Assembly: GCF_009914755.1 (NCBI RefSeq)
Contig: NC_060931.1
Origin: the human T2T-CHM13v2.0 reference genome, Homo sapiens
DNA: 64,000 nucleotides
Direction: 5' to 3' (one strand)
Positions 25,952 through 40,179 of the stretch are shown here, in pieces (within the stretch, counting starts at the first letter, position 1; the number at the start of each line of letters is the position of its first letter). The notes under the pieces are model-generated. The model did no database searches and was not told where the DNA came from. It saw only the letters and a list, made by a program, of their open reading frames with translations. Made by a program: the position numbers and the translations under genes.

Positions 25952-26383
25952 TTAGGATGTGAATTGTGTCCTCCCCATGGATGTTGTAGTCCTAACTCTA
26001 GTACCTGTAGACGTGACCTTATTTGGAAATGGGGTCTTTGCAGATGATCAAGTTCAAATGAGGACCTTAGGGTGGTCCTTAGCCCACCCTAAGGGGCCCT
26101 AATCCGATATGACCATGTCCTTATAAAAAGGAGAAATTTGGAAACAGACATAGAGGCAAGAAAAATGCCTTGTGAAGGTCAGAGTTATGCCACCACAAGC
26201 CAAGGAATGCCAAAGATTGCCAGCAAACCACAAAAGCTAGGGCGGAGACCCAGCACCGATTCTCCCTCACAGTCTCAGAAGGAATCAACAAGGCTGCCGT
26301 GTTGATTTCAGACTTCTATCGGCCAGAATCCTGAGAGAATACATTTCTGTTGCTTTGTTAAGGCAGTCCCAGCAAACTAACAC
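25952..26383 (+). mobile_element. MaLR LTR (MLT1B/C-like)
   Basis: gaattgtgtcctcccc...gtgaccttatttggaaat..gtctttgcagatg...gcaaactaacaca. Confidence 0.85.
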
Positions 26384-26463
26384 AAGTATGTGTTGAAATT
26401 CTGAAATGCAATATATGATATAATATAAATTTAGAGCTTAATTAGTAAGTGTGGTGCCCACAC

Positions 26464-26535
26464 CAGTGTCTCATGTTCATATACTATCTTCCCTTCGTGG
26501 GACACTACTGACATCTCCTGGTGCATGTCATCCCA
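26464..26535 (-). pseudogene. Candidate 72-nt Cys-containing exon
   Basis: acceptor tttcaaaccattttcAG; phase 2 matches the upstream exon; GMTCTRRCQ*CP; weak donor GTGTGG. Confidence 0.35.
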
Positions 26536-26907
26536 CTGAAAATGGTTTGAAAAACATCCATGCTCTTCCCACAGTAAACTCGGAAACGTGTCCATACAAT
26601 ACCCATAGAAGGCCTTCTTGTATTCTAGTGTACAGACTTGAAGTTTGAAACCAGAAAAACCTGGTTTTAATTTTGCCTTTGCCACATACTGTTTAGATAA
26701 CTTTGGGCTGGGTCATACCCTATGCCTGTCTGCTCATCTGTAAAATGGGACTAATAACAACCACTCAACAGAACTCTTCTAAGAAACAATTAAATGATCT
26801 AAAGTATGTAAAGACTCTACACAGTAATGGAGACATTTGGAAAAGAGCTGCCACTCTTATGTGGCCTTCAGATTCTCTTGCTTTTTCTCAAATGTTTCTA
26901 GTTAGAA

Positions 26908-27100
26908 CAGGGTTCAGCAAACCTTTTTTGTAAAGGATGAGAGCTTTGTGGACCATACAGTCTCTATAGGAACTATTTAATTCTGCCACTGAGGTGCAAA
27001 AGCAGCCACAGACAAGATGTAAGTGAATGGGCGTAACTGTGCCCCAGAAAACTTTATTTAACAAAATAGTGGATTGGATTGGGCCTGATGCTGATCCCTG
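26908..27100 (+). mobile_element. MER58A (hAT-Charlie MITE)
   Basis: cagggttcagcaaac...gctgatccctg termini; perfect 8-bp TSD agttagaa. Confidence 0.92.
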
Positions 27101-27343
27101 AGTTAGAAGATGTATTAAATATGTTTGGCTATAAGGACTTTAAATTCAACTAGAAATATAGATTATGCATGTTTTACTGAGACTTAGCAAGACCTACGCT
27201 GATACTCTCGTGTGCTCATTTTCAAGTACTTTCAATGTGGAACAGGAAGCTGAGTAGATTTAAAACACCAATTGCAGAAATCAAAGAAATATTCAAAATA
27301 CAACAAAGAATGCATCTTGATTTGAAAAGTAAAATAGGCTTAC

Positions 27344-27710
27344 ATGAGAAGTGAACAATTAAAAACATTCAAGTTCCCATTAACACAAATAATATTAGAC
27401 CAGAAAATTCCCACCTTTCCATCTATCTGCCCTTGTAAGTAAGCTTCACATGGCTTCTGATCAGGTGATGTTGTGTTCAGCAAACTGAACCAGCCTTGCA
27501 AGTGAAAAGTATTTAAAGGAATCACAGCATGAACTCGTTCTGTGCCAAAGTAAGCCACAATTTAGATGGTGTTTGCTTTTGAACAGTCAATTTTTCTTTC
27601 CAGTTTTCTTTCTGTATTGGGTGCATTGATGTTTAGAATTCTTTGTTACTTGGAGTTTCTGACAATCAAAGTGTTGACTATTTTCACTAGTTTAAACATT
27701 TCATATATTT
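27344..27710 (-). pseudogene. Candidate 367-nt exon
   Basis: acceptor gtcttttttactttattAG, donor GTAAGC; phase 1 to 2; 121 codons with only 2 stops in AT-rich DNA, ending GKVGIFWSNIICVNGNLNVFNCSLL. Confidence 0.55.
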
Positions 27711-28134
27711 CTAATAAAGTAAAAAAGACTAATAAGGAAACACATTAGGAGGAAAGATTGTTGGGAATATTTTTGGACATTTGTACCCTGACAAATATAA
27801 TGAGAATTATGTGATGGAATTGGAGGGTAAAAAGGAGAAGAAATGATGGATGTAGCTGCTATAGTCAACTGAAATGCAATCTTTTTTCCTCTAAGAACCA
27901 CAGTGTGCAAAGGCAATGGGCTTTGAACTGTGCTACTTCTTAGTGCTTGGCTTGGTCCTCAGTTTCCTCCCCAATAGGTTGAAGAGAAGAAGACAATCTA
28001 TCTCAAAAATATTCCAACTGCGTTCATCCTAATTGCCTCTTATCTAAGTAATAGTGAAAGCTGTTCAAGTTTCTATTGGCCTCTCAACTCTCCTGGACCA
28101 TTCTCATAGCCCTCCTCACTAGACTGTAAGTCCA

Positions 28135-28982
28135 TGTGTTCGTTAGCTTCGGCTACTATAACAAAATAACACAGACTGAGCAGCTTGAGCAACAGAAATT
28201 TATTTTTCATACAGTTCTGGAGGCTGCAAGTCCAAGATTTGGGGGCCAGTGCAGTCAGGTTCTAGTGAGGGCTCTCTTTCTAAATGGCTGCCTTCATCCT
28301 TTGTCCTCACATGGCATTTCCTCTGTGCTAATGTGGAGGAAGAGAGATGGAAAGCTCTCTGGCATCTCTTTTTATAATATGAATCCTATCAGATCAGGGC
28401 CCCACCCTTAGGACCTCATTTAACCTGGATTACTTCCTTGGAAACCCCATATCCAAATACAGTTGATCCTTGAGCAAAACGGGTTTGAACAGTGTGAGTC
28501 CACTTACACATGGGTTTTCTTTCATCTCTTCTGCCCCTAAGACAGCAAGGCCAACTGCTCCTCTTCCTCTTCTTCCTCCTCCTCAGCCTACTCAATATGA
28601 AGATGATAGGGATGATGACTTTATAATGATCCAGTTCCATTTAATGAGTACTAAATATATTTTCTCTTCCTTATGCTTTTCATATAAGATTTTCTTTCCT
28701 CTAGCTAACTTCATTGTAAGAATACAGTATGTAATGCATTTAACCATACAAAAAGTGTCTTACTCAACTATGTTATCAGTAAGGCTTCTGGTCAACAGTA
28801 AGCTTTTAGTAGTTATGTTTTTGGGAGAGTTAAAAGTTATATGCAAATTTTCAACTGTGCAGTGGTTAGTACGCCTAACCCCCATGCTGTTTGAAGGTCA
28901 ACTGTGCAGCCATGCTGGGGGTTAGGGCTTCAAGATATGAATTAGGGGTGTGCAGGGAGGGACACAAACATTCAGTTCCTAA
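28135..28982 (-). mobile_element. MLT1 LTR interrupted by Tigger2a
   Basis: ggctactataacaaaat...cagttctggaggctgcaagtccaagat; resumes ctgggggttagggcttcaa. Confidence 0.8.
28460..28904 (+). mobile_element. Tigger2a / MER28 DNA transposon
   Basis: TIRs cagttgatccttgagcaa / tgtttgaaggtcaactg; TA on the left, TG on the right. Confidence 0.88.
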
Positions 28983-29462
28983 GAGTCTATGAGGGTATAA
29001 ATAGTGTCATCTTCTTTTGCTCACCATTTTGTCCCTAGTGCCTAGTAGAAAATACAGCACTAGATAATTAGTAAGCGCACTGACTAAATAAATACATAGG
29101 CAATAATTTTTTTAGATGACCTGTAGATTACACAATTTTGACATTTGTCTGATCTGTTAAAACTGACATGGGAAAAAACCTAAGATATATCTCCTATGTT
29201 CAAAACTACTCTGAATTTAAAGCATAGTCTTACTGGCAGACTTACAACTTCCTGTAATACCTCTATGTCCTGTTATGAGCTAAGACATTGTACAGTCTTC
29301 AGTGGGAGAAGGGATTTTTCTCTTATAAAAGGCTTAGTCAAATACGTCCTTTTGAGTTATGCTTAAGATACACATAGTTTGCTCCAACTGTGCCAGTATA
29401 CATTATTCTACGAATAAAGTTTCCCAAATTTTTTTCATGAGGCAGAGAAATCTCGCACTTAC

Positions 29463-29548
29463 CTATATTATTACAATTAGTACTGCAATGACTACTGATT
29501 ACCAGAAGGCTGGGGGGTGGGCAGGCAGAATGCTCCAATGGCAGTAAC
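29463..29548 (-). pseudogene. Candidate 86-nt exon
   Basis: acceptor attttttaccttaAG, perfect donor AG|GTAAGT; open frame LLPLEHSACPPPSLLVISSHCSTNCNNI, phase 2 to 1. Confidence 0.55.
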
Positions 29549-30042
29549 CTTAAGGTAAAAAATATCTAAAAATTTGAACCACATTCATGAACAACAAACT
29601 GGGTAACTTTGTGTAAGACACTTCACCTCTCCACTTAGGTCCAATATTTTATAAATGCGTTATTTTGTTTATAATATTTGTATTGATGCATGAAATCATT
29701 GCATTTATTCTTCTGAGAAAGCTCCAAATAGTGACACAATGACACTGCAGAGAGCAAGGCCATCAAGATATGAGAAATTACTAAAAATCATGCCCTAAGA
29801 TGGGTGATGATTGAATTGCAGTAATGAAACTCTATCTCCTAACTCTGCTCAATCTATCCAGTGAAATCAGAGGTTAGCTGTACCACAGGAAACACTGAGA
29901 AGTCAAGACAAGATCAGTATGGTCATCTGACCTTTGTTCTCTGCTTGAGGGATAAGCTCATCTGGGAGCCCAAAGAACAAAGCAAGAGGTATCAAGGGAG
30001 TTGAAGACGTTTATTTTTCCACAAACCAAGCAATTACTGTAC

Positions 30043-30325
30043 CCTGAAGTGTTGAAATTTCATAATAGGCTATATTTGCAGTATTTCCCTCCAGAATAAC
30101 AAGAGCCAGAACTCCAGAAAGAGAGAAATCTGAACTGATTCCCAGGCTATTTCAATATAGTCAAAGTTTCAATTATCTTCAGTAAATGAGAACTATTCTA
30201 GGTACAATATTCCTTTGTGGTCAATCCGATACTGATGCAATTTCTATCATAACATGTGGACAGAAATTTTCCTGGAAGGCTTTCGATCATATCTCCAGAT
30301 GGATTTATATCCAGGAGGCAATGAC
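30043..30325 (-). pseudogene. Candidate 283-nt exon, Ig-like, heavily disabled
   Basis: acceptor ttcttgttttTAG; SLPPGYKSIWRYDRKP..YRIDHKGILYL with several stops; donor GG|GTACAG uncertain. Confidence 0.45.
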
Positions 30326-30734
30326 CTAAAAACAAGAACTGCATGTACTCATTACAACAGTGGATCTGCTCACTAGAAACAAACAAGGCTGTCAACTGCC
30401 TTGAATAAAATGACATTACATACATTTTTTTTAGCCCATACAACGTACCAAGCAACTGCCAGCTGCATCCACCATGTTGTCTAGTTCAATAATGATGATA
30501 GCCCAATGAGGTGAAGTCATTATTTTCATTTGATATAGGAAAAAGCACAGGATCAGAGGACATCCCATTGGCTTAGATGTCACTTCCAATGTTTACCCCA
30601 CTGCACATGTGTGCCTTTGGCCTCCAAGAGACTTTGATGAGATCAACTCAATCACATTATTTGGGCCTTCTATGGAAGTTCTGCTGTCTACATTCCTAAC
30701 AGTATATAAGGCGTTGAATTCCTCAGAATATTCC

Positions 30735-31745
30735 TCAGAATTCCTCATCCAGTAAAAATATCCTTCAGGAATGAAAGGGAAATAGACATTCTCTGATACA
30801 GAAGAGCTAAGAGAATTTGTTACCAGAGATCTGTTCAAAAGAAATGCTAAAGAAAGCTCTTCATACTAAATGCAAATGGCACTGGAGGGAAACATAATTT
30901 CAGGATTTAAGGAAAAAAACACAAATCAAAATATCTGTGTAAATATAATAGACTATAACTTCTTAGACTCTTTAAAATGTATATAATCATTGACAGAAGG
31001 AATTATAACATTTTATGTGACAACTATAACATTAAGTGGGGAGGATAAAGGGACCTATATGGTTGTGAGACTTCTGAATTTTACTTTAAATGGTAAGTAT
31101 TAATTCTAAGTAGACAGTGAGAAATTAGGTATGTGTTATATCTTTGGAGTAATCACTTTTTAAAAAAAGGAAAAAGAGATAGCCTAAAAGCCAACAGATA
31201 AATCTAAATAGCATACCAAAAATATTCAAATAGCCTAAAAGAAGTCATGAAAGGAAAAATCAAGGAAAAGCAACAAAAACAAAAAACAGAAGAAACACAC
31301 AGAAAAACAAAATAATAAATCTAAATCTCAATGATTTCTTAACTGTAAATTATAGAAACATACCAATTACGGGACAGAGATTATAAGATTCAATTCTATG
31401 CTGTCTGCAAGAAACCCTTTTTACAAAAGGTAACTGTGAGGTGATAGATACATTAATTAGTTTGATTTCACAATGTATATGTAAATCAAAACGTTTTACA
31501 TCTTAAATTATACAATTTTTCTTTATCAATTATATCTCAATAAAGCTGGTGGAACTCTTTTTAAATGCAATGATATAAATGACACTAATTATAAGAAAAC
31601 TGGAATCCATACCCCCAGATTAATCATGAGAAAAACATTACACAAATTCAAATTGGTGGGCACTCTACAAAATACTTGACCAGTATACCTCAAGCTGTCA
31701 ATATCTGAAAAACGAAAAAAGACTGAAAAGCTGTCTCAGACCAGA
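30735..31745 (+). mobile_element. Old L1M fragments
   Basis: aaaatatccttcaggaatgaagggaaatagacattctctgata; ctatgctgtctgcaagaaac. Confidence 0.75.
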
Positions 31746-33352
31746 ATTCCTCCAGGCATCACACCCTCCTTAAAGGTAGAGACGGGGCAGATGGGCAAAA
31801 GGCCAGTGGGAGAGGTAGACAAGGTAGCCTCACAAGAAAGTGCTCCTGGGTCCCCTCTGTGGGCTTTCTCTTGCATCTTATGGACCAGAACTGAGTCCCA
31901 TGTCATCCTAGTAGCAAGGAGAGCTAAAGAGCCTCTAACCTCTGAAGCAAAAGGCTAGGCAGGAGGGGCTGCGAGCAGCAGTGCATGTCGGGGTAAGTTG
32001 GAGGGTTAATACTTTTTTGTATTTGAATTTGTGCTTTCGTCATCGTGAGAATTATTCCATTCATGTTAATTGGAGGTGGGTGGGAGTGCTGGTCTCTAGC
32101 CAACCACCCCGCACTACAGGTATATACAGACTGACCAGGAACCCCATTATGGTTGTTCAAATACGAATATGTTTGTGCAGTTTTTCATTTGAGGAAGATG
32201 TGTTTTGGCTTCTTAATGGTGCTATGATTCCATCAAGTAGGCTGAATTATAGCTCCTCACTTCCCACGAGAAGCTAATATTCTCAACTAGAACACCCACA
32301 GAGAAAGCAAGGAGAACAACTTTAGAAAATATGTGCCACCCTGCATGCCTGTAACCTTATTGAGACATTCCCCATCACAACAGACGCCCTCCGCTGTAGC
32401 CCCCTGTCAGCCATCTCCAAGGGCCAGGCAGAGGTCAGCAGAGTGTGGCAGATGTCACCACACAGGAGTCAACCCTAGACCTGAGCAGGGAATGGGCAGC
32501 ACCCAAGCCAAAGCTCCCCCTTTCCCCACGTCACCAGGAGGCCTGGAACTCTCCCATTGCCGCCACCATGCGTAGAGCCTGCTTCCCTCCCTAGAAGAAT
32601 GAGGCTGTCCAGGGTAGAACTGGCTGCAAGGAGGGGCACATGCTTTGCAGCCCAGAAAGACAGATTCCAAAGTGAGCTCCAGACCCAGCGACCCTGGGAT
32701 TTGGGGAGAATTCCTCAGCTTGCTTATCAGCAAGACCAGGATGCAGAATCTGCCTGGGCAATGGCAGCATCATGAGATGCTAGGAATAATAGAGAGCAGG
32801 AAATACTCCTCTCTCTGTAAAATACTAAGTTAATGTTGTAATTTGGCATAAGTATACAGGGAAAATTGTGTGATTGTATTTTTATGTTTATTCATCCTTC
32901 ACTTTTTAAAAAAAAATGACACTTCTACAGATTATTGTATCATCTTATCCATCATCTCCAGATGTTTTTGTTTGGTTTCTAATGGTTATTCTGAAATTGT
33001 TACTACGATTGACCTCTTTTTGTTGATTTTCAGAGGATCCTTATTTAAAAAAGTAAAAATAAAAATAAAAAAACAGAAAATCTAGGAAAGTTGCATGTAT
33101 CCAAAACTAAGATGCTCTGTTATTTCCAAATTTTTATTTGTAAATGTGTTTTTCCCTCCCTAAGCTTTTCTCAAGGGGCTACATTGTTCCAGATCTTTCC
33201 AGCATTTGGAATAAAGTTGAGTTGCACACTTAACATTCTTCTTTAATTATGAAGTTGAAATAAACATTAGTATATGCCAGACCCAATTGTTGTTGGGGAC
33301 AAAAGTGCATTGGGCAATGGAGAAAGGAGTGAGTCTTTCTGTGGTCGCTCAC

Positions 33353-33442
33353 CACATGAAATAAAAATGATGGATACTCCACATTATCATCCTTTGACAA
33401 AAAGGATAAGGGAGACAGTTTCCACTTTGGCAATTTCTTTGT
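33353..33442 (-). pseudogene. Candidate 90-nt Cys-rich exon
   Basis: cctttccttttctgtAA (mutated AG; an in-frame AG lies 6 nt downstream), donor G|GTGAGC; open frame QRNCQSGNCLPYPFCQRMIMWSIHHFYFM, phase 2 to 2. Confidence 0.5.
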
Positions 33443-34023
33443 TTACAGAAAAGGAAAGGTGGGAGAGGCCTGTGTTCCCAAAAGCATACTCAGTGTTTTG
33501 CAACTTCTTTGAAAAGCTGCTAGGGAACCAAGGCCTTTGCTCTCAACTGAGAGTTTCCAAGGATCATGGTCCTGGTGCTGCAAACAGGGTCAGAGCTGAG
33601 GTGGTTGTTCTGTTTGTTTTGTTTTTTTTGCCAAGCTTGGGGCCGTCTCTGGGCTTATTGTGGGCTTGCACTGAGGCACTGCCTGGCAGCAGTACATGCA
33701 CGGCCCAGAGAAAACTCAGATGCGTCCATGCAGCCATCAGACTGATTATTTCCATTCATCTCTGGTTACTACACTCTGGGGCATCCCCATGCTCCACAGG
33801 TAGCATTCCAAGCCCTCCCAATTCTCCATTTTCACCCCATCTCAGCCACTCCCCTGCAGCCCAGGCTCCTTCATTTGACTTTAGCACCCATGTTTCCCCT
33901 GCTGAAATGGTTGCTCCTTCCTTTCCACTGGGAGGACAATGATCTTCCATAGGTCACCTTCCCCTAGGCTCAGGGAAGCCCTGCACTCCCGCCAACACAG
34001 CAGCCATCACATTGCTTGATAAC

Positions 34024-34387
34024 TGTTAGGAACAGAACTGTGTGCTCCCCAAAATTCACAGGCGGAAGCCCTAACCCCCAGTGTGACTGTATCTGCAGAT
34101 AGAATGTTTAAAGAGGTAATTATGGTTAAATGATATCATAAGGGTAGGGCCTAATCCAATAGGACTGGTGGCCTTATAAGAAGAGAGAAAGACACCAGGA
34201 ATGTGTGCACAGGAAAAAGACTACATGAGGACACCGGGAGAAAGTGGCATCTACAATCCAAGGATAGAGGCCTCAGGAGGAGCCAACCCTGCTGATGGAC
34301 TTCCAGCCTCAAGGATGTGAGAAATGTCTGTTGTTTGAGCTTCCCAGTCTACGGTACTTCATCAAGCAGCCCCAGCCGACTAATACA
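34024..34387 (+). mobile_element. MaLR LTR (MLT1A0-like)
   Basis: tgtt...gaagccctaacccccagtgtgactgtat...gccgactaataca. Confidence 0.88.
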
Positions 34388-34855
34388 GTCACTGCCTGCA
34401 CCTCTCCTCCACAGTGGCCTCCCCTTACAACCAGAAGAGACCATCATTTCAAGTCACTTTTCTAGCATGGGATCCTCAGTAAGTGCATCACCAATAGTAG
34501 CTGTGTTGACAAAGTTTCAGCTGCAGCAGCTGTACTTGTTATCTTTCTTGTTATTGCCTTCAAGCAGAAAAATAAAATCTTCCTTATCTCTGTTAAGAAG
34601 TGTGCTTCCTGAGACTCCCTTCCCACGCTCCAGGCAATTGCCTGGAAGTCTCCACTCAATGTATCATGAGAAAGAAAGCAGCTTCAGAGGCCCAGATGGG
34701 TCACAAGGAGCAAGGTTGTTATGAAGGCTAAAAAGCTATAATGATGTGTGCATCAGCCCTCCGATGCCTGCCATGGGCCAGGGATCACACAGGGCAGTGG
34801 ACGAAGATGAACAGGTGAACTGGCCTCTCTCAGAGCAACAGCCATGGAGAGATAG

Positions 34856-35170
<315 letters not shown>

Positions 35171-35338
35171 AGGAAATTCCTGTTCATCTGTCTTCCTTTC
35201 CAGAAATTCTGGACATGCCCACAAACAGAGCTCTGTCTAAGATTCATCTTGGTACTCCCAAACTTTAGTTAAACTGACCATATTTTTGCATTTGATTTTT
35301 AAAAATTTTTCCTTTCCCCTTTCTTCCTCCACAATTAA

Positions 35339-35689
<351 letters not shown>

Positions 35690-36098
35690 TAAATATTTTA
35701 AATCAAGTGTCTTCATACCTCTGTTCTTCTCTGAAGATACTCATAATGGAATATTCTGGAGAAGCAGAGACATGGAAGAAACATCAATTTCCCCATGAGT
35801 TTTCAAAAGCAGAGAAATTAGATGTCCAACAAAAAATTCTATATATCCTACCAGACACTTCTCTCTATCTCTCCCCTAATTTTAGGGTTCAGAACTAACT
35901 CAAGAAAATGTTTCTTGTTATGATCGAATGAAAAAAGTAAGCATTTCAAAGGTGTTATGACTTTATTTAATTTCCAAGGCCACATGAACCTTTTGAAGCT
36001 TTATCCAGACCTAACACTTTGCTGACACACTGGGTGAACATTAGGCAGCACACAAAAAGTCATCATATGCAGTCCTTTTGACATTTTTAAAAATTTCA

Positions 36099-36417
<319 letters not shown>

Positions 36418-36722
36418 TTATCAGAGACAGGAGCTCCTTGAGTGAGGCACAGTGATAGTTCCTAATATAGATGGCTCCACGGCCTCCTCTCCTTGCTCCT
36501 AAACACCACCCCTCCTTTGTCTTATTGGGGCCACATGACTTAACCCTGCCCATTCCTCTTACCTAGAGATGGGCTTCATGACAAGGCCGTTTCCCTAGAC
36601 TCCACCTGCCCCACTGTGGCTAAAAATAAACCCTTGGAGCCAGCTGGCTCTGTCGCTCATCCTTTCTTTCCCCTCCCTCCCTTCCACCACCCTCCTCTCT
36701 CTTTCTCCTTGTCTCTCTCTCA

Positions 36723-37046
<324 letters not shown>

Positions 37047-38862
37047 GTGAAATACATGTAAAGAAATTGGATATCACCTCAAATCTCCAAGTTTTTCATG
37101 ATAATTTTTCCTGGTTTTCTTTCTGAGCACTGCATGAAGTAGGCTACATACTTGCTTCCAAACAGAAAATGTCCTCAAAAGATGCACACTAATCTGATAA
37201 TAATGGTAACCACCGGGAAAACAAGTGGAAATGGGTAGTGGTCAAGTGGAATTTGAGATCTAAGTGGATTGCACGGATGTTTTATGATAAGAATATATTC
37301 AAAATAAAATTAGAAGAAAATTGTTGGCTATGAGCTTCCTAGTATCCAGTGCAACTATTTATAGAATGAGGCATAAAATCCCTCAGGAGTGACCTGCCTG
37401 GTCTCAAAAGGGTTGTGTGACTTCAGGAACTATGAAGCCTAGTTGTGGGTTTCCATCTTGGCACCCAGGATGCTCCCCCTTCTTCCATGTTCCTCTTGGA
37501 GACCACTCCCTACTCTCAATTATGGTTTGCAGTGGTGGTGATGGGCCTGGTCGATCCAATCACTCCTCTGACCAGGTAAGAATCATCAAGACACAAAGAG
37601 ACCTTGAGCTCCTGGGGAAGCCATTCTCATTCTGGAGAAGCTGAGAGGATGCCGGGCCTGCAGGGCTGTAGCCGGCATTGTCGCAGTAAAGATCTGTTGA
37701 GGCAGGCCTGTGCAAATAGTGTTGAACCAGCGATGGGAATGAGCTCCTGGTCAAACCACACAAAAAGGAGGATGACCTTTGAGGTGGGTACACCTCTATT
37801 TTCTCTTCTTTTCTTTCCTTTTGCATTCTTTCCTCTTTTTTAAAGCCAGTTTATGTTGGCTTTTCTGCCTATAGCGCCTGAAAGAGCACAGGGAAGCTTA
37901 TCTTACTGCACCTGTAACTCACACCTCCAGAAGTGCAACCCAGCGTGAGCGGATTCCGACCCTTCACCCACGACCTCTTGGACAGCGTGCACAGAGGATG
38001 TTTCCTAGCCCTGGACAAAGCTCTCACCCTGTGACCTGCCATGACCAATTCAGGCAGGTGCTATCAGAGGCATTTGCTGGGATGTCCCACTGCTTTCTTT
38101 CCTTTCTGCTGTGAGCACAGGATGTTCCAGATTACAGAGAGCCCTGTGTCACCAGCTTCAGAATGTAGCAGTGTGGAGCAAGACACAAGGAACAGAGTTG
38201 CCCTCATGAGCCACTGACAGTCCCTACTAGCTAAGAAATATGCCTCTGGTGAGCAGTGGCATTGGCTGGCTTCTGTTGCATCAACTAATGACAGCTGATG
38301 AAAACACAACCCAACCAGACACCAGAAGAACAGGCCCTTGCCCCTCCCAGGATAGGTCCACTTGACTATCTCCTTGAAGCCACTTAGAAAGTTAAGGTGG
38401 CCTAAGCTTTTCTCAGATGCCTCCTCTGTCTCGGCAGAAGCAACTTTCAAAATTGACTTCACTGGCTGCATTAGCAATCAACACTCTGCAGAAACTGATC
38501 ATTAAAAGTAAATAGTGAGACATTTTCCCTCACTATTTCCAACTTATTGTTTTTATCATGTGATAGAAAATTCTGGCATCTTAAAATATATACTTAAGAG
38601 AATACCACACACTGGTGGCTTTCGAGAACTAGCTCTTTTCTGAAGATGGGAAGAGTCCAAGAAACGAGAAATGACTGTCACCAAAGCTTTAGAAAAAAGA
38701 AAAAGTAGAAGAGTCTGTTTATGGTTCCTGGGCTAATGACTTCGGAGAGCTGTCAGTGTCAACAGAGCCAAGCACCACATGGGACAGAATTTGGTTCATT
38801 AGCAAATTATGGCTTGTGAGTACAAAAAAATAAATAATTTGCGCTGCAATGGAATTCCATAC

Positions 38863-39040
38863 CCCAAGGAGCTCTGGGAAGATCGATGGGTGCTCTGCTC
38901 AAAGGGCTCTTCCAACCTCATGGGGCCTCCTGTCGGGTGTCCCACGTCCCCCATGGCCCTGGTGTGGCCACACTCATCTCCGTGCAAAGCAGAATGTGTG
39001 GGGGCACCCCTCACAGGGTAATTGGCCCAACCTTCATCTT
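38863..39040 (-). pseudogene. Candidate 178-nt exon
   Basis: acceptor ccctcttttttcgtctgtAG, donor GG|GTATGG; fully open, phase 1 to 2: EDEGWANYPVRGAPTHS...SSQSSLG. Confidence 0.55.
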
Positions 39041-40179
39041 CTACAGACGAAAAAAGAGGGCATGAGGCTGTGTAAACCCACAATCAAGTCACAGCCAAAC
39101 CAGAGGCGAAACCCCAGCATCACAACACAGCCATTCATTGTTCTCCCATAAGCGCATCAGTAAACATGGTTTCCTCCAGGACTTCTTGTTGGAGCTGTAG
39201 GAGGTTGAGTCTTACATGCAGCCAGCTGACAGGGTGTGCCGTTGGGGGGAGTAGCTGAAAGATATGGAAATGCTCCTTCCTCATAACTGCCTGAAGCCCC
39301 CAGGACACTCCGAATAATGATTAAAATGTCTTCCATGTAAATTCAGCTTCTAGACTATCCTCTTGGTGCCTTCTTACACAAAATCCCGGAGCTGCCCTGG
39401 GGATGCTTGTAGTCTAGAGAGCTTCCTGGAAGGCAATGGGTTAAGGGGCTCCCAGTTTTCCTACCAAGGAGAGGAGGGATGGTGGTGTGAGAGATGGGGT
39501 GCTCAACAAGCATCTGTTGCCAGCAGAGCCCACCCTGCAGAGTAATAATTCCAAAGTACAGGGAAGAGGAGGCAGGGACCAGGCCTTGGACCTGCTCTGG
39601 TAGGAGCCATGCTCTCTCCCTGCCCCTCTCTCCAGGTCTCAGCTGCAAGGGACAGTGACTCAGGCCCTTTTCTCCCTACACATACCCCTGCTCTGTATAA
39701 CCCAGGGTTCCCAGAACTTGTCTAACTCAATGGTTTGGGATCCCAGTTCTCCAAAGCTCCACGATTATTCCCAGAGTCCCCCAGCATGCCCTGAATACTT
39801 TCGACCAGCAAGCCAGGCCACACGGGCCTGGCAGTCCACTTCTTGCCACAAGCCCATGGCCACTTGTGGTGTGTCTGCCACTCCTGCCTCGCCTCACAGC
39901 AGCCTCTGCTAGGTGTCTCAAGGTATCCCGGGTACTGTCTTTCCAAGTGACTGAGACCCCTGTCACCATTGCTCTGAGCCCAAGAAATGCTCCTGGATGG
40001 ATGGCCAGTCTCAGAGATGGCTGATGTCTTCTTCCCTGTGTGTGACACTTGCTCATCTGGGCCGGTGCTCCCTGCCACAGAGATTTGAGTGCAATTGTTG
40101 TTATTCATGGTCCTGCCTGCACCCCAGGAAACACTCACACATTTATGCATGAGCCAGGAGATAAACCCAAGAGACAAAA

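Noticed and set aside
29570-30150. LRR/LRRCT-like reading on the minus strand (ILDLSG, LTILK*PGNQF)
   Set aside because: The ILDLSG stretch overlaps a MIR-like fragment (agaggtgaagtgtcttacacaaagttac), and the other motifs are in different frames without LRR periodicity.
37923-38010. Possible extra exon (..VKGRNPLTLGCTSGG|GTGAGT)
   Set aside because: Poor polypyrimidine tract, and phase 2 to 0 would break the phase 2-2 join of its neighbours.
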